Shown in pieces: positions 1 through 7,214 of a stretch of DNA of 32,000 bases. Position 1 is the stretch's first letter. The number at the start of each line of letters is the position of its first letter. Source of the stretch: an uncultured Chloroflexia bacterium. Lineage in GTDB: Bacteria; Chloroflexota; Ktedonobacteria; Ktedonobacterales; JADMIN01. The translations under genes were made by a program, and so were the position numbers. Location of the stretch: NCBI GenBank assembly GCA_963718915.1, contig CAVRAI010000007.1:330001-362000 (forward strand), in the 5' to 3' direction. The notes beneath the pieces were generated by a model. That model saw only the letters and a list, made by a program, of their open reading frames with translations. It did not search any database and was not told where the DNA came from.

Positions 1-39
1 CGTGATGTCACAGTTCACAGGATAGCAGGCAATGGGCCT

Positions 40-678
40 GTGCTTTTCGACTGTGATGGACTGCTCCTCGATACAGAGACCTGCTGGACACGCGCGGAGA
101 CGGCGCTCTTCGCACGTTATGGCCGCTCCTACGGTCTCGCTGAGAAAGAGGCGCTTATTGGGTCAACCTTTGAGGCCACGGGGCGCATCATCGGGCGCCT
201 GCTCGATCAACCGGATCGTGCCGATGAACTCTGGGACGAACTTTACGCGCTCGCGACCGAGGAGCTATCGCGCGGGGTCGAGCCGATGCCTGGGGCAGTC
301 GCGCTGGTTGCGGCGTTGCGCGGGCGGAGGCCAATCGCTGTCGTCTCCAATTCGCCCAGGGAACTCGTGCTGGCAATGCTGGCACAGGCAAGGTTCGCGG
401 ATATCTTTGATCTGGTCATCTGCAGTGATGAGGTTGCCGCGCCAAAGCCCGCGCCTGATCTCTATCTGCGCGCCTGCGCCCTGCTCAGTGGCGACCCCGC
501 AAGCGCGATTGCGCTGGAGGACTCCTCGACCGGCGTAGCCTCCGCGCGGGCTGCGGGCGTCTATGTCATCGGGATCCCGTCGCTGCCAACGTCGCGGCTC
601 GCCGCCGATCTGCTGGCGCCCACGCTCGAACATCCCGACGTCTGGCAGGCGCTCAAGCTGACGCGGCCATTCGGATGA
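40..678 (+). CDS. HAD-superfamily hydrolase, subfamily IA (beta-phosphoglucomutase / sugar-phosphatase-like)
   Basis: 212-aa ORF with a GTG start at 40. Motif I is 'LFDCDGLLLDTE' (DxDG nucleophile), motif II is 'VVSNS', and the cap-proximal motifs are 'KPAPDLY' and 'LEDSSTGVASARAAG'. Confidence 0.85.
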   Translation: MLFDCDGLLLDTETCWTRAETALFARYGRSYGLAEKEALIGSTFEATGRIIGRLLDQPDRADELWDELYALATEELSRGVEPMPGAVALVAALRGRRPIAVVSNSPRELVLAMLAQARFADIFDLVICSDEVAAPKPAPDLYLRACALLSGDPASAIALEDSSTGVASARAAGVYVIGIPSLPTSRLAADLLAPTLEHPDVWQALKLTRPFG

Positions 679-707
679 CCTCACGGCTGCTCGTTGCGCG
701 TATATAA

Positions 708-1412
708 TCACCCTCTGTGCGCCCGGACGATGTTCGCTCCAGGGAAAGCGGAGAAGCGCGGAGGTCGCACCTCCTCCGTGACCATCTGGATGAAATCGGC
801 TTCCTGGAGGAGAGCCTCCAGATCTTGTATACGGCTCCCGCCAGCAGGAAAGCGCGCGGCGCGTCCTGACCGTTCCTGTTTGTGCGCGAAATCGGCGATG
901 ACCAGTCGCCCTCCAGGTTTGAGCACGCGGGCAATTTCGGCGAGTCCCTGCCGTTTGAGGGGGGCCGGCAGATGGTGCATCATCAGGGTGGAGAAGACCA
1001 CGTCAAATGTCTGATCGGGGAAGGGAAGTTGCTCGATTACCCCGATGTGGAACTCGATAGACACCTGAGACACATGCCGCCGTGCCGCTTTCGCGCGGGC
1101 GCGGGCGATTTGCTGACTGCCTGGATCAACGCCTGTGATGCTGCCGCCAGGGCCAATGGAACGGGCAACTTCCAGCGCCAGTGTCCCCGTGCCGCAACCG
1201 ACATCCAGCGCCTGCTCGCCGGGTTGCAACTGGGCGAGTCCGATAGTCCTCTGCCTGAGCGTGCGCAGCGTTCCACGTGACGAGAAAGTGTCGTGGAACC
1301 ATCCCAGCAGGTCATAGCGCCAGCCGTCGTTGAGGACTAGCCCTTTTGTGGCTTTCACACCTGCCTCGCCTGAAGAGTCGTGGCCGTGACGGTGACGTGT
1401 GGACGAATGCAT
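708..1412 (-). CDS. class I SAM-dependent methyltransferase
   Basis: 234-aa ORF. SAM-binding motif I is 'ALDVGCGTGTLALEVA', with post-I and motif III regions 'FDVVFSTLMMHHL' and 'LKPGGRLVIADF'. It has a His-rich N-terminus and is divergent from the TetR gene. Confidence 0.85.
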   Translation of the reverse strand: MHSSTRHRHGHDSSGEAGVKATKGLVLNDGWRYDLLGWFHDTFSSRGTLRTLRQRTIGLAQLQPGEQALDVGCGTGTLALEVARSIGPGGSITGVDPGSQQIARARAKAARRHVSQVSIEFHIGVIEQLPFPDQTFDVVFSTLMMHHLPAPLKRQGLAEIARVLKPGGRLVIADFAHKQERSGRAARFPAGGSRIQDLEALLQEADFIQMVTEEVRPPRFSAFPGANIVRAHRG

Positions 1413-1460
1413 GATTGTTGCTCCTTCTCAGCGAGTCGCTCTTGTTTGCCTGAGAGCACA

Positions 1461-1489
1461 TTGACAGATTGACTGAAATGAGACATAGT
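1461..1489 (+). promoter_or_regulatory. candidate sigma70-type promoter for the TetR gene (TTGACA-17 nt-CATAGT)
   Basis: Perfect -35 TTGACA at 1461-1466, a 17-nt spacer, and CATAGT at 1484-1489 (4/6 match to TATAAT). It lies in the divergent intergenic region. Confidence 0.4.
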
Positions 1490-1490
1490 G

Positions 1491-1502
1491 TCCCAAATGG
1501 GA
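1491..1502. promoter_or_regulatory. palindrome TCCCA-AA-TGGGA, candidate TetR operator overlapping the predicted transcription start
   Basis: Perfect 5-2-5 inverted repeat immediately downstream of the -10 box. A related half-site, 'GGATTTGTCCCA', recurs at about 1558-1572. Confidence 0.3.
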
Positions 1503-1593
1503 TTTACTGTCCAAACACACTGTAGCCTCATGTGGACACAGAAACAAGGATCAATTGGGAGGATTTGTCCCACATGAGACAGGGAGCGCGAAA

Positions 1594-2184
1594 ATGGCTC
1601 ATCCAACGGGCAACCTGCGCATACGACGGACGCAAAAACTGCTGCGGGACGCATTGATCGAGCTGATCGAGGAGCGGGGATTCGAGGCGCTTACTGTCAG
1701 TGAGATTACCGAGCGCGCGTTGGTGAGCCGGGCCGCCTTCTATCGCAACTATCAGGATAAATACGACCTGGTCGAGCAGATCTTTGCGGAAGCCATGGGC
1801 GAGCTGCTGAACGCGGTCGGAGACCTGGGGCAAGAGCACCCGGCGGAGATCTGGGTGACCTTCTTCGAGCATATCGCTAGCTATGAACGGCTCTATCGCG
1901 CGCTGCTGGGCAGCAAGGGAAGCCCCTGGTTCGTCTCGAAGATGCGCGCGGCGTTGCGCAACCTGGTCATGGAGCAGGGGCGGCGTCCCCATGGGCCGGG
2001 CGCAGGCGTACACTCCGTCCATTCCTTCGCGGATGGATTCGTACCAGATATCGTATCCACGCTCTTTGTCGAGGCGATCACCTGGTGGCTCGAGCATGGA
2101 CGACCTTACACGCCCAGAGAGATCGCTACGAGGACCGCCCTGCTCGCCGCCGCGCTCTTCAAAGAAGCGGCCACCTGGCAGTAG
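1594..2184 (+). CDS. TetR/AcrR-family transcriptional regulator
   Basis: The N-terminal HTH is 'RRTQKLLRDALIELIEERGFEALTVSEITERALVSRAAFYRNYQDKYDL'. The ORF track opens at TTG 1555. I prefer ATG 1594, which is preceded by AGGGAG at 1581-1586. Confidence 0.85.
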   Translation: MAHPTGNLRIRRTQKLLRDALIELIEERGFEALTVSEITERALVSRAAFYRNYQDKYDLVEQIFAEAMGELLNAVGDLGQEHPAEIWVTFFEHIASYERLYRALLGSKGSPWFVSKMRAALRNLVMEQGRRPHGPGAGVHSVHSFADGFVPDIVSTLFVEAITWWLEHGRPYTPREIATRTALLAAALFKEAATWQ

Positions 2185-2223
2185 CCGCTTGCGAGATGCT
2201 TGCACACGCGAAATTGGAGCCTG

Positions 2224-2254
2224 TTAGCGCGGGGCCATGCGAATCGCGCTATCC
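2224..2254 (-). repeat. 31-nt orphan copy of an SDR-gene 3' end (left boundary of the ars cluster)
   Basis: The sequence is 'ttagcgcggggccatgcgaatcgcgctatcc'. It matches 6193-6223 at 30/31 and the real 3' end of the SDR gene (11993-12023) at 26/31. On the minus strand it reads '..LDSAIRMAPR*'. An in-frame stop about 23 codons upstream shows it is not part of a live gene. Confidence 0.7.
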
Positions 2255-2320
2255 AACCATTGCTGATAGCCTCGTTTGCTCAGCGCATTTGATCGAGCGC
2301 CTCACCCAGCTTATGGTGAT

Positions 2321-2779
2321 TTACCCCTGGTGCGCGGGCTGATCGATAAATGTCGTGATCCGTGTTGCAATCCCATCCCGCACCGAACGAAAGGCCGCCA
2401 ACCGCTCAGCCTCAGTTCCCGTCGCGGCGCTGGGATCAGGGAAGCCCCAGTGTTCCTGCCGACGCGCCCCTGGGAAGAACGGACACTCTTCAGCGGCCTC
2501 GTCGCAGACTGTCACCACTAGGTCCATCGGTGGCTGACCGATAAACTCATCGAGCGACTTCGCCCGGTAGCCCGCTGCCTCACTGATATCGATGTCAAGC
2601 TCGCGCATCACCTGGATCGCTAACGGGTGTACGCTCCGCGGATGGGTTCCCGCGCTAAAGACAGCGTAGCGATCTCCGCCGCGCGCCCGTAGAATCCCCT
2701 CGGCCATCTGCGACCGTGACGAGTTGTGTGTGCAGAGGAACAGGACGTGCATTACCTCGGAATGATTTGCCTCGCTCAT
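2321..2779 (-). CDS. arsC: arsenate reductase, LMW-PTP / thioredoxin-coupled type
   Basis: The P-loop is 'VLFLCTHNSSRSQMAEG' (CX5R), followed by the Cys pair 'VCDEAAEEC' (C-x6-C). The ORF opens at 2803. ATG 2779 is preferred because AAGGAG lies 7 nt upstream. Confidence 0.85.
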   Translation of the reverse strand: MSEANHSEVMHVLFLCTHNSSRSQMAEGILRARGGDRYAVFSAGTHPRSVHPLAIQVMRELDIDISEAAGYRAKSLDEFIGQPPMDLVVTVCDEAAEECPFFPGARRQEHWGFPDPSAATGTEAERLAAFRSVRDGIATRITTFIDQPAHQG

Positions 2780-2822
2780 GTCAAACTCCTTTCGCGTATG
2801 CACGGTGCTGCCTCCTGGCAGG

Positions 2823-3509
2823 TCAGGAGGGCGAGCGGGAGCGCGATGGCGCCAGACTCGTCAGGCGCAGCCAACGATAGCAGAGCGCCGCCAGCACCGC
2901 GCCGATGGGTGGCGCGATGAGATAGACCCACAGCGCGGCCCAGGTTCCGCCGACGACGGCTGGCCCAAGCGAGCGCGCAGGATTCATTGAGGCGCCGCTA
3001 ATCGGCCCGGCAAAGAGCGCCTCCAGCCCCACGGTTGCCCCAATGGCCAGGGCAGCGGCCTGCCCTACCGCACGTGTATCAGTGGCGACCGCCATGATGA
3101 CGAACATCAGGAAGAACGTGAGCAGCGCTTCCAACCCAAAAGACTGCCAGACCGATCCTGACGGCATAGTTGCGCCGAGATGCGCGACGTTCCCGAGCAG
3201 CAGGCGCAAACAGAGTGCGGCCGCAAGGGCGCCAATGCACTGTGCCAGCCAGTAGGCAGCCATGCGTCGGATGGGGAAGTGACGGGCCAGGACGAAACCA
3301 AGCGTGACGGCGGGATTCAGGTGAGCGCCGCTGAGATGCCCGGTCGCGTAGATCATTGCCGCGATGACCAGTCCGAATACCAGGCCGACGCCAACATGGG
3401 TCACCTGCCCACCGGAGATGGCATCCACCATGATGGCGCCGCACCCCGCGAAGACTAACCCGAACGTGCCGATTCCCTCGGCCACGCATGCCGGAAGCAA
3501 CGGGGACAT
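2823..3509 (-). CDS. MIP-family aquaporin/aquaglyceroporin, probable arsenite channel (AqpS-like role)
   Basis: Two NPA boxes are present, 'HLNPAVTLG' and 'SMNPARSLG', plus the N-terminal 'AEGIGTFGLVFAG'. The ORF extends to 3677 but would then overlap the upstream gene. ATG 3509 (MSPLLPACVAEG...) gives a typical length of about 228 aa. Alternative starts at 3602 and 3623 are possible. Confidence 0.8.
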   Translation of the reverse strand: MSPLLPACVAEGIGTFGLVFAGCGAIMVDAISGGQVTHVGVGLVFGLVIAAMIYATGHLSGAHLNPAVTLGFVLARHFPIRRMAAYWLAQCIGALAAALCLRLLLGNVAHLGATMPSGSVWQSFGLEALLTFFLMFVIMAVATDTRAVGQAAALAIGATVGLEALFAGPISGASMNPARSLGPAVVGGTWAALWVYLIAPPIGAVLAALCYRWLRLTSLAPSRSRSPS

Positions 3510-3651
3510 CGCGGGAATGGTCTGCCCTGCGTGCGGTGCGCGCTCCTCTCGCTGTGGAGGTTTCCGCGGCTTCTCTGCCCTTCGCGAGGTCCAACCTATC
3601 ATGTATTGACTACTTCTCCTCATCTCTGTATCGGCATAGGGGCTGTCTGCA

Positions 3652-4494
3652 TCAACGGGTCGCATGAAAACGCTCACTGGTTCCGGGATGTGGAAGCAGG
3701 AGCAGGTAGCGGATACGTATCCGCAACTCGTTCAACACCTCGCGAAATGCCTTAGCACGCCGCTCGGGATCCTCGACCACCGCTGGGTCGGCGATGCTCC
3801 AATGCGCTTGCGCTGGGTCGCCAGGAAACGACGGGCAGATGTCGCGTACGCGGTCACAGACAGTGATGATGTAGTCTAATGGCTCGCCGAGGAACTGCTC
3901 CATCGATTTCGTGGAGAGTCCCGTCGTGTTGAACCCTGCCTCCCGCAGCGTCTCACGCGCCTCGGGATGCACCTCGGTGGGTAGGCTCCCCGCGCTGAAC
4001 GCCTCCACCTGGTCGCCTCCCATCTGGCGTAAGAGGGCCTCCGCCATTTGCGAGCGCGCGCTGTTATGGGTACAGAGAAAGAGGACACGCAAGGGTTGCG
4101 AGAGTCTATATGGTGTGTCCGGCTGCTGATGAGGCTGGGCCAGTTGAGTTGATGTCGGCATACCAGGATACAGCGCATCGCCAGCGGCAGAGTACAGGGC
4201 ATGCAGACGGCTAACATCCAGCTGATAATACACATCGCGCGCATCGGCGCTACTGCGTCGGTCATGCAGGAGACCGAGCGCTCTTAACTGCTTTAGATGG
4301 TATGAAACCGCGTTTGGAGGCAGGCGCACCACCGCCCCAATCTCACTCGCACGCTGGTCGGACTGGGCAAGGAGGCGCACAATCGCTTGCCGCGACTCAT
4401 CCGCCAGCAGACGCAGAAATCGCCTGCCGTCGTCCGAGGTTATGGAGTCAGTTTCACCTAGCGAGAAGGTATGCATAGCAACTTTTGCCTTCAT
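3652..4494 (-). CDS. ArsR-family wHTH domain fused to an LMW-PTP ArsC arsenate-reductase domain
   Basis: The N-terminal part, 'FLRLLADESRQAIVRLLAQSDQRASEIGAVVRLPPNAVSYHLKQLRALGLL', is an ArsR/SmtB HTH with no cysteine. The C-terminal part has 'VLFLCTHNSARSQMAEA' and 'VCDRVRDIC', so all three ArsC catalytic Cys are present. Confidence 0.8.
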   Translation of the reverse strand: MKAKVAMHTFSLGETDSITSDDGRRFLRLLADESRQAIVRLLAQSDQRASEIGAVVRLPPNAVSYHLKQLRALGLLHDRRSSADARDVYYQLDVSRLHALYSAAGDALYPGMPTSTQLAQPHQQPDTPYRLSQPLRVLFLCTHNSARSQMAEALLRQMGGDQVEAFSAGSLPTEVHPEARETLREAGFNTTGLSTKSMEQFLGEPLDYIITVCDRVRDICPSFPGDPAQAHWSIADPAVVEDPERRAKAFREVLNELRIRIRYLLLLPHPGTSERFHATR

Positions 4495-4511
4495 ATCAAT
4501 AGTTCAGTGGA

Positions 4512-4524
4512 AATTGAATCAATT
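4512..4524. promoter_or_regulatory. palindrome AATTGA-A-TCAATT, candidate ArsR-type operator
   Basis: Perfect 6-1-6 inverted repeat in an AT-rich stretch. It lies just downstream of the predicted -10 box and upstream of the ArsR-ArsC start codon. Confidence 0.4.
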
Positions 4525-4533
4525 CTGATTGAA

Positions 4534-4562
4534 ATAATAAGCATGAGAGAGGCGCTTGTCAA
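4534..4562 (-). promoter_or_regulatory. near-consensus sigma70-type promoter for the arsR-arsC / aquaporin / arsC unit
   Basis: On the minus strand: TTGACA (4562-4557), a 17-nt spacer, then TATTAT (4539-4534). Confidence 0.55.
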
Positions 4563-4573
4563 GACCCGAAGCG

Positions 4574-4616
4574 ATGCCCGGCGCAAGTGGCGAACTCGCG
4601 CCACCACACCGGGCAT
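4574..4616 (-). terminator. compound GC-rich hairpin downstream of arsM (candidate terminator without a U-tract)
   Basis: The outer stem is ATGCCCGG / CCGGGCAT (8 bp). It encloses an inner stem GTGGCG / CGCCAC (6 bp). The hairpin sits between the arsM stop (4668) and the next promoter. Confidence 0.35.
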
Positions 4617-4667
4617 GAAGCGATAGGAGAGAAATTGTAACCCGTGCCCTGGCTGTTCGCTTCCAGC

Positions 4668-5654
4668 CTAACAGCAGCCGCGAGGCGGTGTCGGCTTCGC
4701 GTCGGCGCGGCTGACCAGTGCGACAGGCGACGCAGAATGCGTCGCCTCGGCCACCGTAGCGGTCACTGGCTTCGTGGCGCGAACAAATGCGCTGGCTAAC
4801 TTGCCATCGCCCGATTCCCAGCCCTCAGGTAACGTCGTGGGATCCAGTCCAGCCTCGGCGACGGTGTAACGCCGCGTGATCTCGATGCTGATGTCTTCAA
4901 ATCCGGCTTCCGCGAGCAGCCGCTGGTACTCCTCGATATTGAGTGCGCCTGCGAGGCAGCCGACCCATGCCTCCATATTGCGGCGAAGTTCCTCGGGCAC
5001 CGGGCCATCGGCGATGACATCCGAGACCGCGAAGCGACCGCCGGGCCTGAGCACGCGGAAGGCGTCGCGCAGCACCAGCGACTTATCGGCGGCCAGATTG
5101 ATGACGCAATTGCTAATCACGACATCCACAGCGTTCGCTGGCAGCGGAATCGCTTCAATGCGCCCGCGCAGAAACGCGACGTTGGTGACTCCTGCCTTCG
5201 CTTTGTTCTCCTGGGCGAGCGCCAGCATCTCGTCGGTCATATCGACGCCATAGGCGAAGCCCGTTGGGCCAACGCGCCTGGCTGAGAGCAGCACATCGAT
5301 GCCCCCACCGGAGCCAAGATCAAGGACGGTCTCACCCTCGCGCAGATCGATGAGCGCGGTCGGATTGCCGCAGCCGAGGGACGCGATAACGGCCTCTTCG
5401 GGCAGCCCGGCCACCTGCTCGTCATCATACAGCCCGCTGGTCACGATGTCGCCACTCTGGTCGCCGCAGCCACAACCGCCACCGCCGCAGCCGCCACTGG
5501 CATCGCTACCGCTCTGCACCCGCTGGGCGGCTTGCGCGTAGCGCTCGCGCACACGCTCCGTGATCGCGTCTCCAACAGCGTCAGCAGAAGTAGCTGGTAC
5601 CTCAGCCACCGTGGAATGTGCCTGCGGCTCATTCGCCGTGTTCGCCATGCTCAC
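4668..5654 (-). CDS. arsM: arsenite S-adenosylmethionine methyltransferase
   Basis: SAM motif '[16 protein letters not shown]'. Conserved Cys contexts are 'SLGCGNP', 'ISNCVINL' and 'WVGCLAGAL'. The start is GTG 5654 or ATG 5648, with AAAGGA upstream. Confidence 0.85.
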   Translation of the reverse strand: MSMANTANEPQAHSTVAEVPATSADAVGDAITERVRERYAQAAQRVQSGSDASGGCGGGGCGCGDQSGDIVTSGLYDDEQVAGLPEEAVIASLGCGNPTALIDLREGETVLDLGSGGGIDVLLSARRVGPTGFAYGVDMTDEMLALAQENKAKAGVTNVAFLRGRIEAIPLPANAVDVVISNCVINLAADKSLVLRDAFRVLRPGGRFAVSDVIADGPVPEELRRNMEAWVGCLAGALNIEEYQRLLAEAGFEDISIEITRRYTVAEAGLDPTTLPEGWESGDGKLASAFVRATKPVTATVAEATHSASPVALVSRADAKPTPPRGCC

Positions 5655-5711
5655 TAGATCCTTTCATCGATACTCTTCGATATACAAACCACAAAAAAGG
5701 GACACGACATC

Positions 5712-6095
5712 TCATGCCAGGGACCTCACGCTTGCCAGCACCCGTTTCCCCTCATCGGTTGCCCAGTAATACGACCACGTGCCACGTTTCTCGCCAGCAA
5801 TCAGCCCTGCCTCACGCAAGAGGCGCAGGTGATGGCTAATCGTCGGCTGGTGGAGCGTAAACTGGTCGGTGATTTCGCAGACACAGAGCGCGGTAGGCTG
5901 CTGCACGAGCAACTCAAGCATCCGCAGCCGTGTCGGGTCAGCGATTGCCTTGAGACGCTCCGCAAGGGCAAGCAGACGCTGCGCATCGCCGACCGAGATC
6001 TCGGGCGCTGGCGCGCAGCACGCCGCCTCCATCTCGTTGATCGAGTCAGCCGAAGGAGCATTAGATGTGGTTGCGTGCGTCTCCAATATGTCCAT
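5712..6095 (-). CDS. arsR: ArsR/SmtB-family metalloregulator, As(III)-sensing type
   Basis: The metal-site motif 'ALCVCEITDQF' (CVC) lies next to the HTH 'TISHHLRLLREAGLI'. An extra 'ACC' pair sits near the N-terminus. Confidence 0.85.
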   Translation of the reverse strand: MDILETHATTSNAPSADSINEMEAACCAPAPEISVGDAQRLLALAERLKAIADPTRLRMLELLVQQPTALCVCEITDQFTLHQPTISHHLRLLREAGLIAGEKRGTWSYYWATDEGKRVLASVRSLA

Positions 6096-6101
6096 GTCAC
6101 G

Positions 6102-6131
6102 AGTCTACCAGAATACATCGAAGAATGTCAA
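6102..6131 (-). promoter_or_regulatory. candidate promoter giving a leaderless or very short-leader arsR mRNA
   Basis: On the minus strand: TTGACA (6131-6126), an 18-nt spacer, then TAGACT (6107-6102). Only 6 nt separate the -10 box from the arsR ATG at 6095. Confidence 0.3.
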
Positions 6132-6140
6132 TATAGTGGC

Positions 6141-6311
6141 TCAACTCGTGGTGGTGCCTTTGTCCTCGGGAGCCAGAACGGTGGGGTTCCGCTTAGCGCG
6201 GGGCCATGCGAATCGCGCCATCCCGTAGGCGCTTATGGCTTCACTGTAGAGGTTCGTGCGCTCGACACACTCACCAGGGATCTCGGTGCAGTGCTCGATG
6301 AACGCTCCCAT
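6141..6311 (-). CDS. hypothetical small ORF (56 aa) upstream of arsR
   Basis: ATG 6311 is preceded by GAGGG. The product is 'MGAFIEHCTEIPGECVERTNLYSEAISAYGMARFAWPRAKRNPTVLAPEDKGTTTS'. Third-position GC is high in the first half. The second half reads through the 31-nt repeat in another frame. It falls below the 60-aa ORF-track threshold. Confidence 0.2.
   Translation of the reverse strand: MGAFIEHCTEIPGECVERTNLYSEAISAYGMARFAWPRAKRNPTVLAPEDKGTTTS
6193..6223 (-). repeat. 31-nt orphan copy of an SDR-gene 3' end (right boundary of the ars cluster)
   Basis: The sequence is 'ttagcgcggggccatgcgaatcgcgccatcc'. On the minus strand it reads '..[10 protein letters not shown]', with a TAA stop 4 codons upstream. 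All five nucleotide differences from the live SDR 3' end are synonymous or stop-for-stop. Confidence 0.7.
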
Positions 6312-6449
6312 TTTTCAGCCCTCAGGCTGATCGCGTTCCGCCCTGGGACGGATGACAGATCTCCTGCTACCGGGCATACTCTGCATGACGAACCCGAACG
6401 GTTCACTCACGTCAGGTAGACCAGGGCCAAGCCCCGAAGGAGATCGCTC

Positions 6450-7214
6450 ATGGCACAGACGACCGCATCGAAGCAGCCCGCCACATTCCCGCAGGGCGGC
6501 CCGTTGATCCACGTGGAGCGTCTGACACGCGCCATCACCACTCGCGCGCAGCGGACTATCATCCTCGACGACGTAACCTTCACCATTCCCGTGCAGAGCT
6601 TGTTCGCCGTCAACGGCCCGTCGGGCAGCGGCAAATCGACGCTGCTCAATATGCTCACTGGCATCGACCAGCCCACCTCAGGACGAGTCATCTTCGCCGG
6701 ACAGGAGTTGCGCGCTCGGGGCGAGAATGCGCTGGCGCGCTGGCGAGGCCAGCACGTGGGGATCATCTTCCAGTTCTTCCAACTGGTACCGACGCTGACA
6801 GCACGCGAAAATGTGCTTCTGGCCCTGGAGTTGGGCGGTGGCATGCCGCGCTCCGCCTGGCGCCAGCGCGCGCAGGACTGCCTGGAGATCGTGGGCATGG
6901 GTGCGTTTGGCAACCGGCTGCCCAGCGAACTCTCCGGCGGACAGCAGCAGCGCATCGCCGTCTCCCGCGCCCTGGCGAACGATCCTCCTGTGCTCATCGC
7001 CGACGAGCCGACCGGCAACCTCGACTCACACACAGCGCACGCGGTCTTTGATATGCTCGCCAGCCTGACGCAACGGGGCAAAACCGTCGTGTATGTGACC
7101 CATGACCGCGAGTTAGCTGCCCGCGCCGGATCGCGCATCGAACTGCTCGACGGGCGCATCGTCGGCCAGCACAACGCCGATACCATCGTTACACACGCGG
7201 CGGAGGTGGAGTGA
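6450..7214 (+). CDS. ABC transporter ATP-binding protein (MacB/LolD-like)
   Basis: Walker A 'GPSGSGKST', signature 'LSGGQQQRIAVSRAL', Walker B 'LIADEPTGNLD'. GAAGGAG lies 7 nt upstream of the ATG. Confidence 0.9.
   Translation: MAQTTASKQPATFPQGGPLIHVERLTRAITTRAQRTIILDDVTFTIPVQSLFAVNGPSGSGKSTLLNMLTGIDQPTSGRVIFAGQELRARGENALARWRGQHVGIIFQFFQLVPTLTARENVLLALELGGGMPRSAWRQRAQDCLEIVGMGAFGNRLPSELSGGQQQRIAVSRALANDPPVLIADEPTGNLDSHTAHAVFDMLASLTQRGKTVVYVTHDRELAARAGSRIELLDGRIVGQHNADTIVTHAAEVE

Noticed and set aside
3510-3677. The N-terminal extension of the aquaporin ORF to 3677.
   Set aside because: It would overlap the 3' end of the ArsR-ArsC gene by 26 nt and add about 56 non-MIP residues. An internal ATG gives a canonical-length channel. 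Intermediate starts at 3602 and 3623 cannot be excluded.
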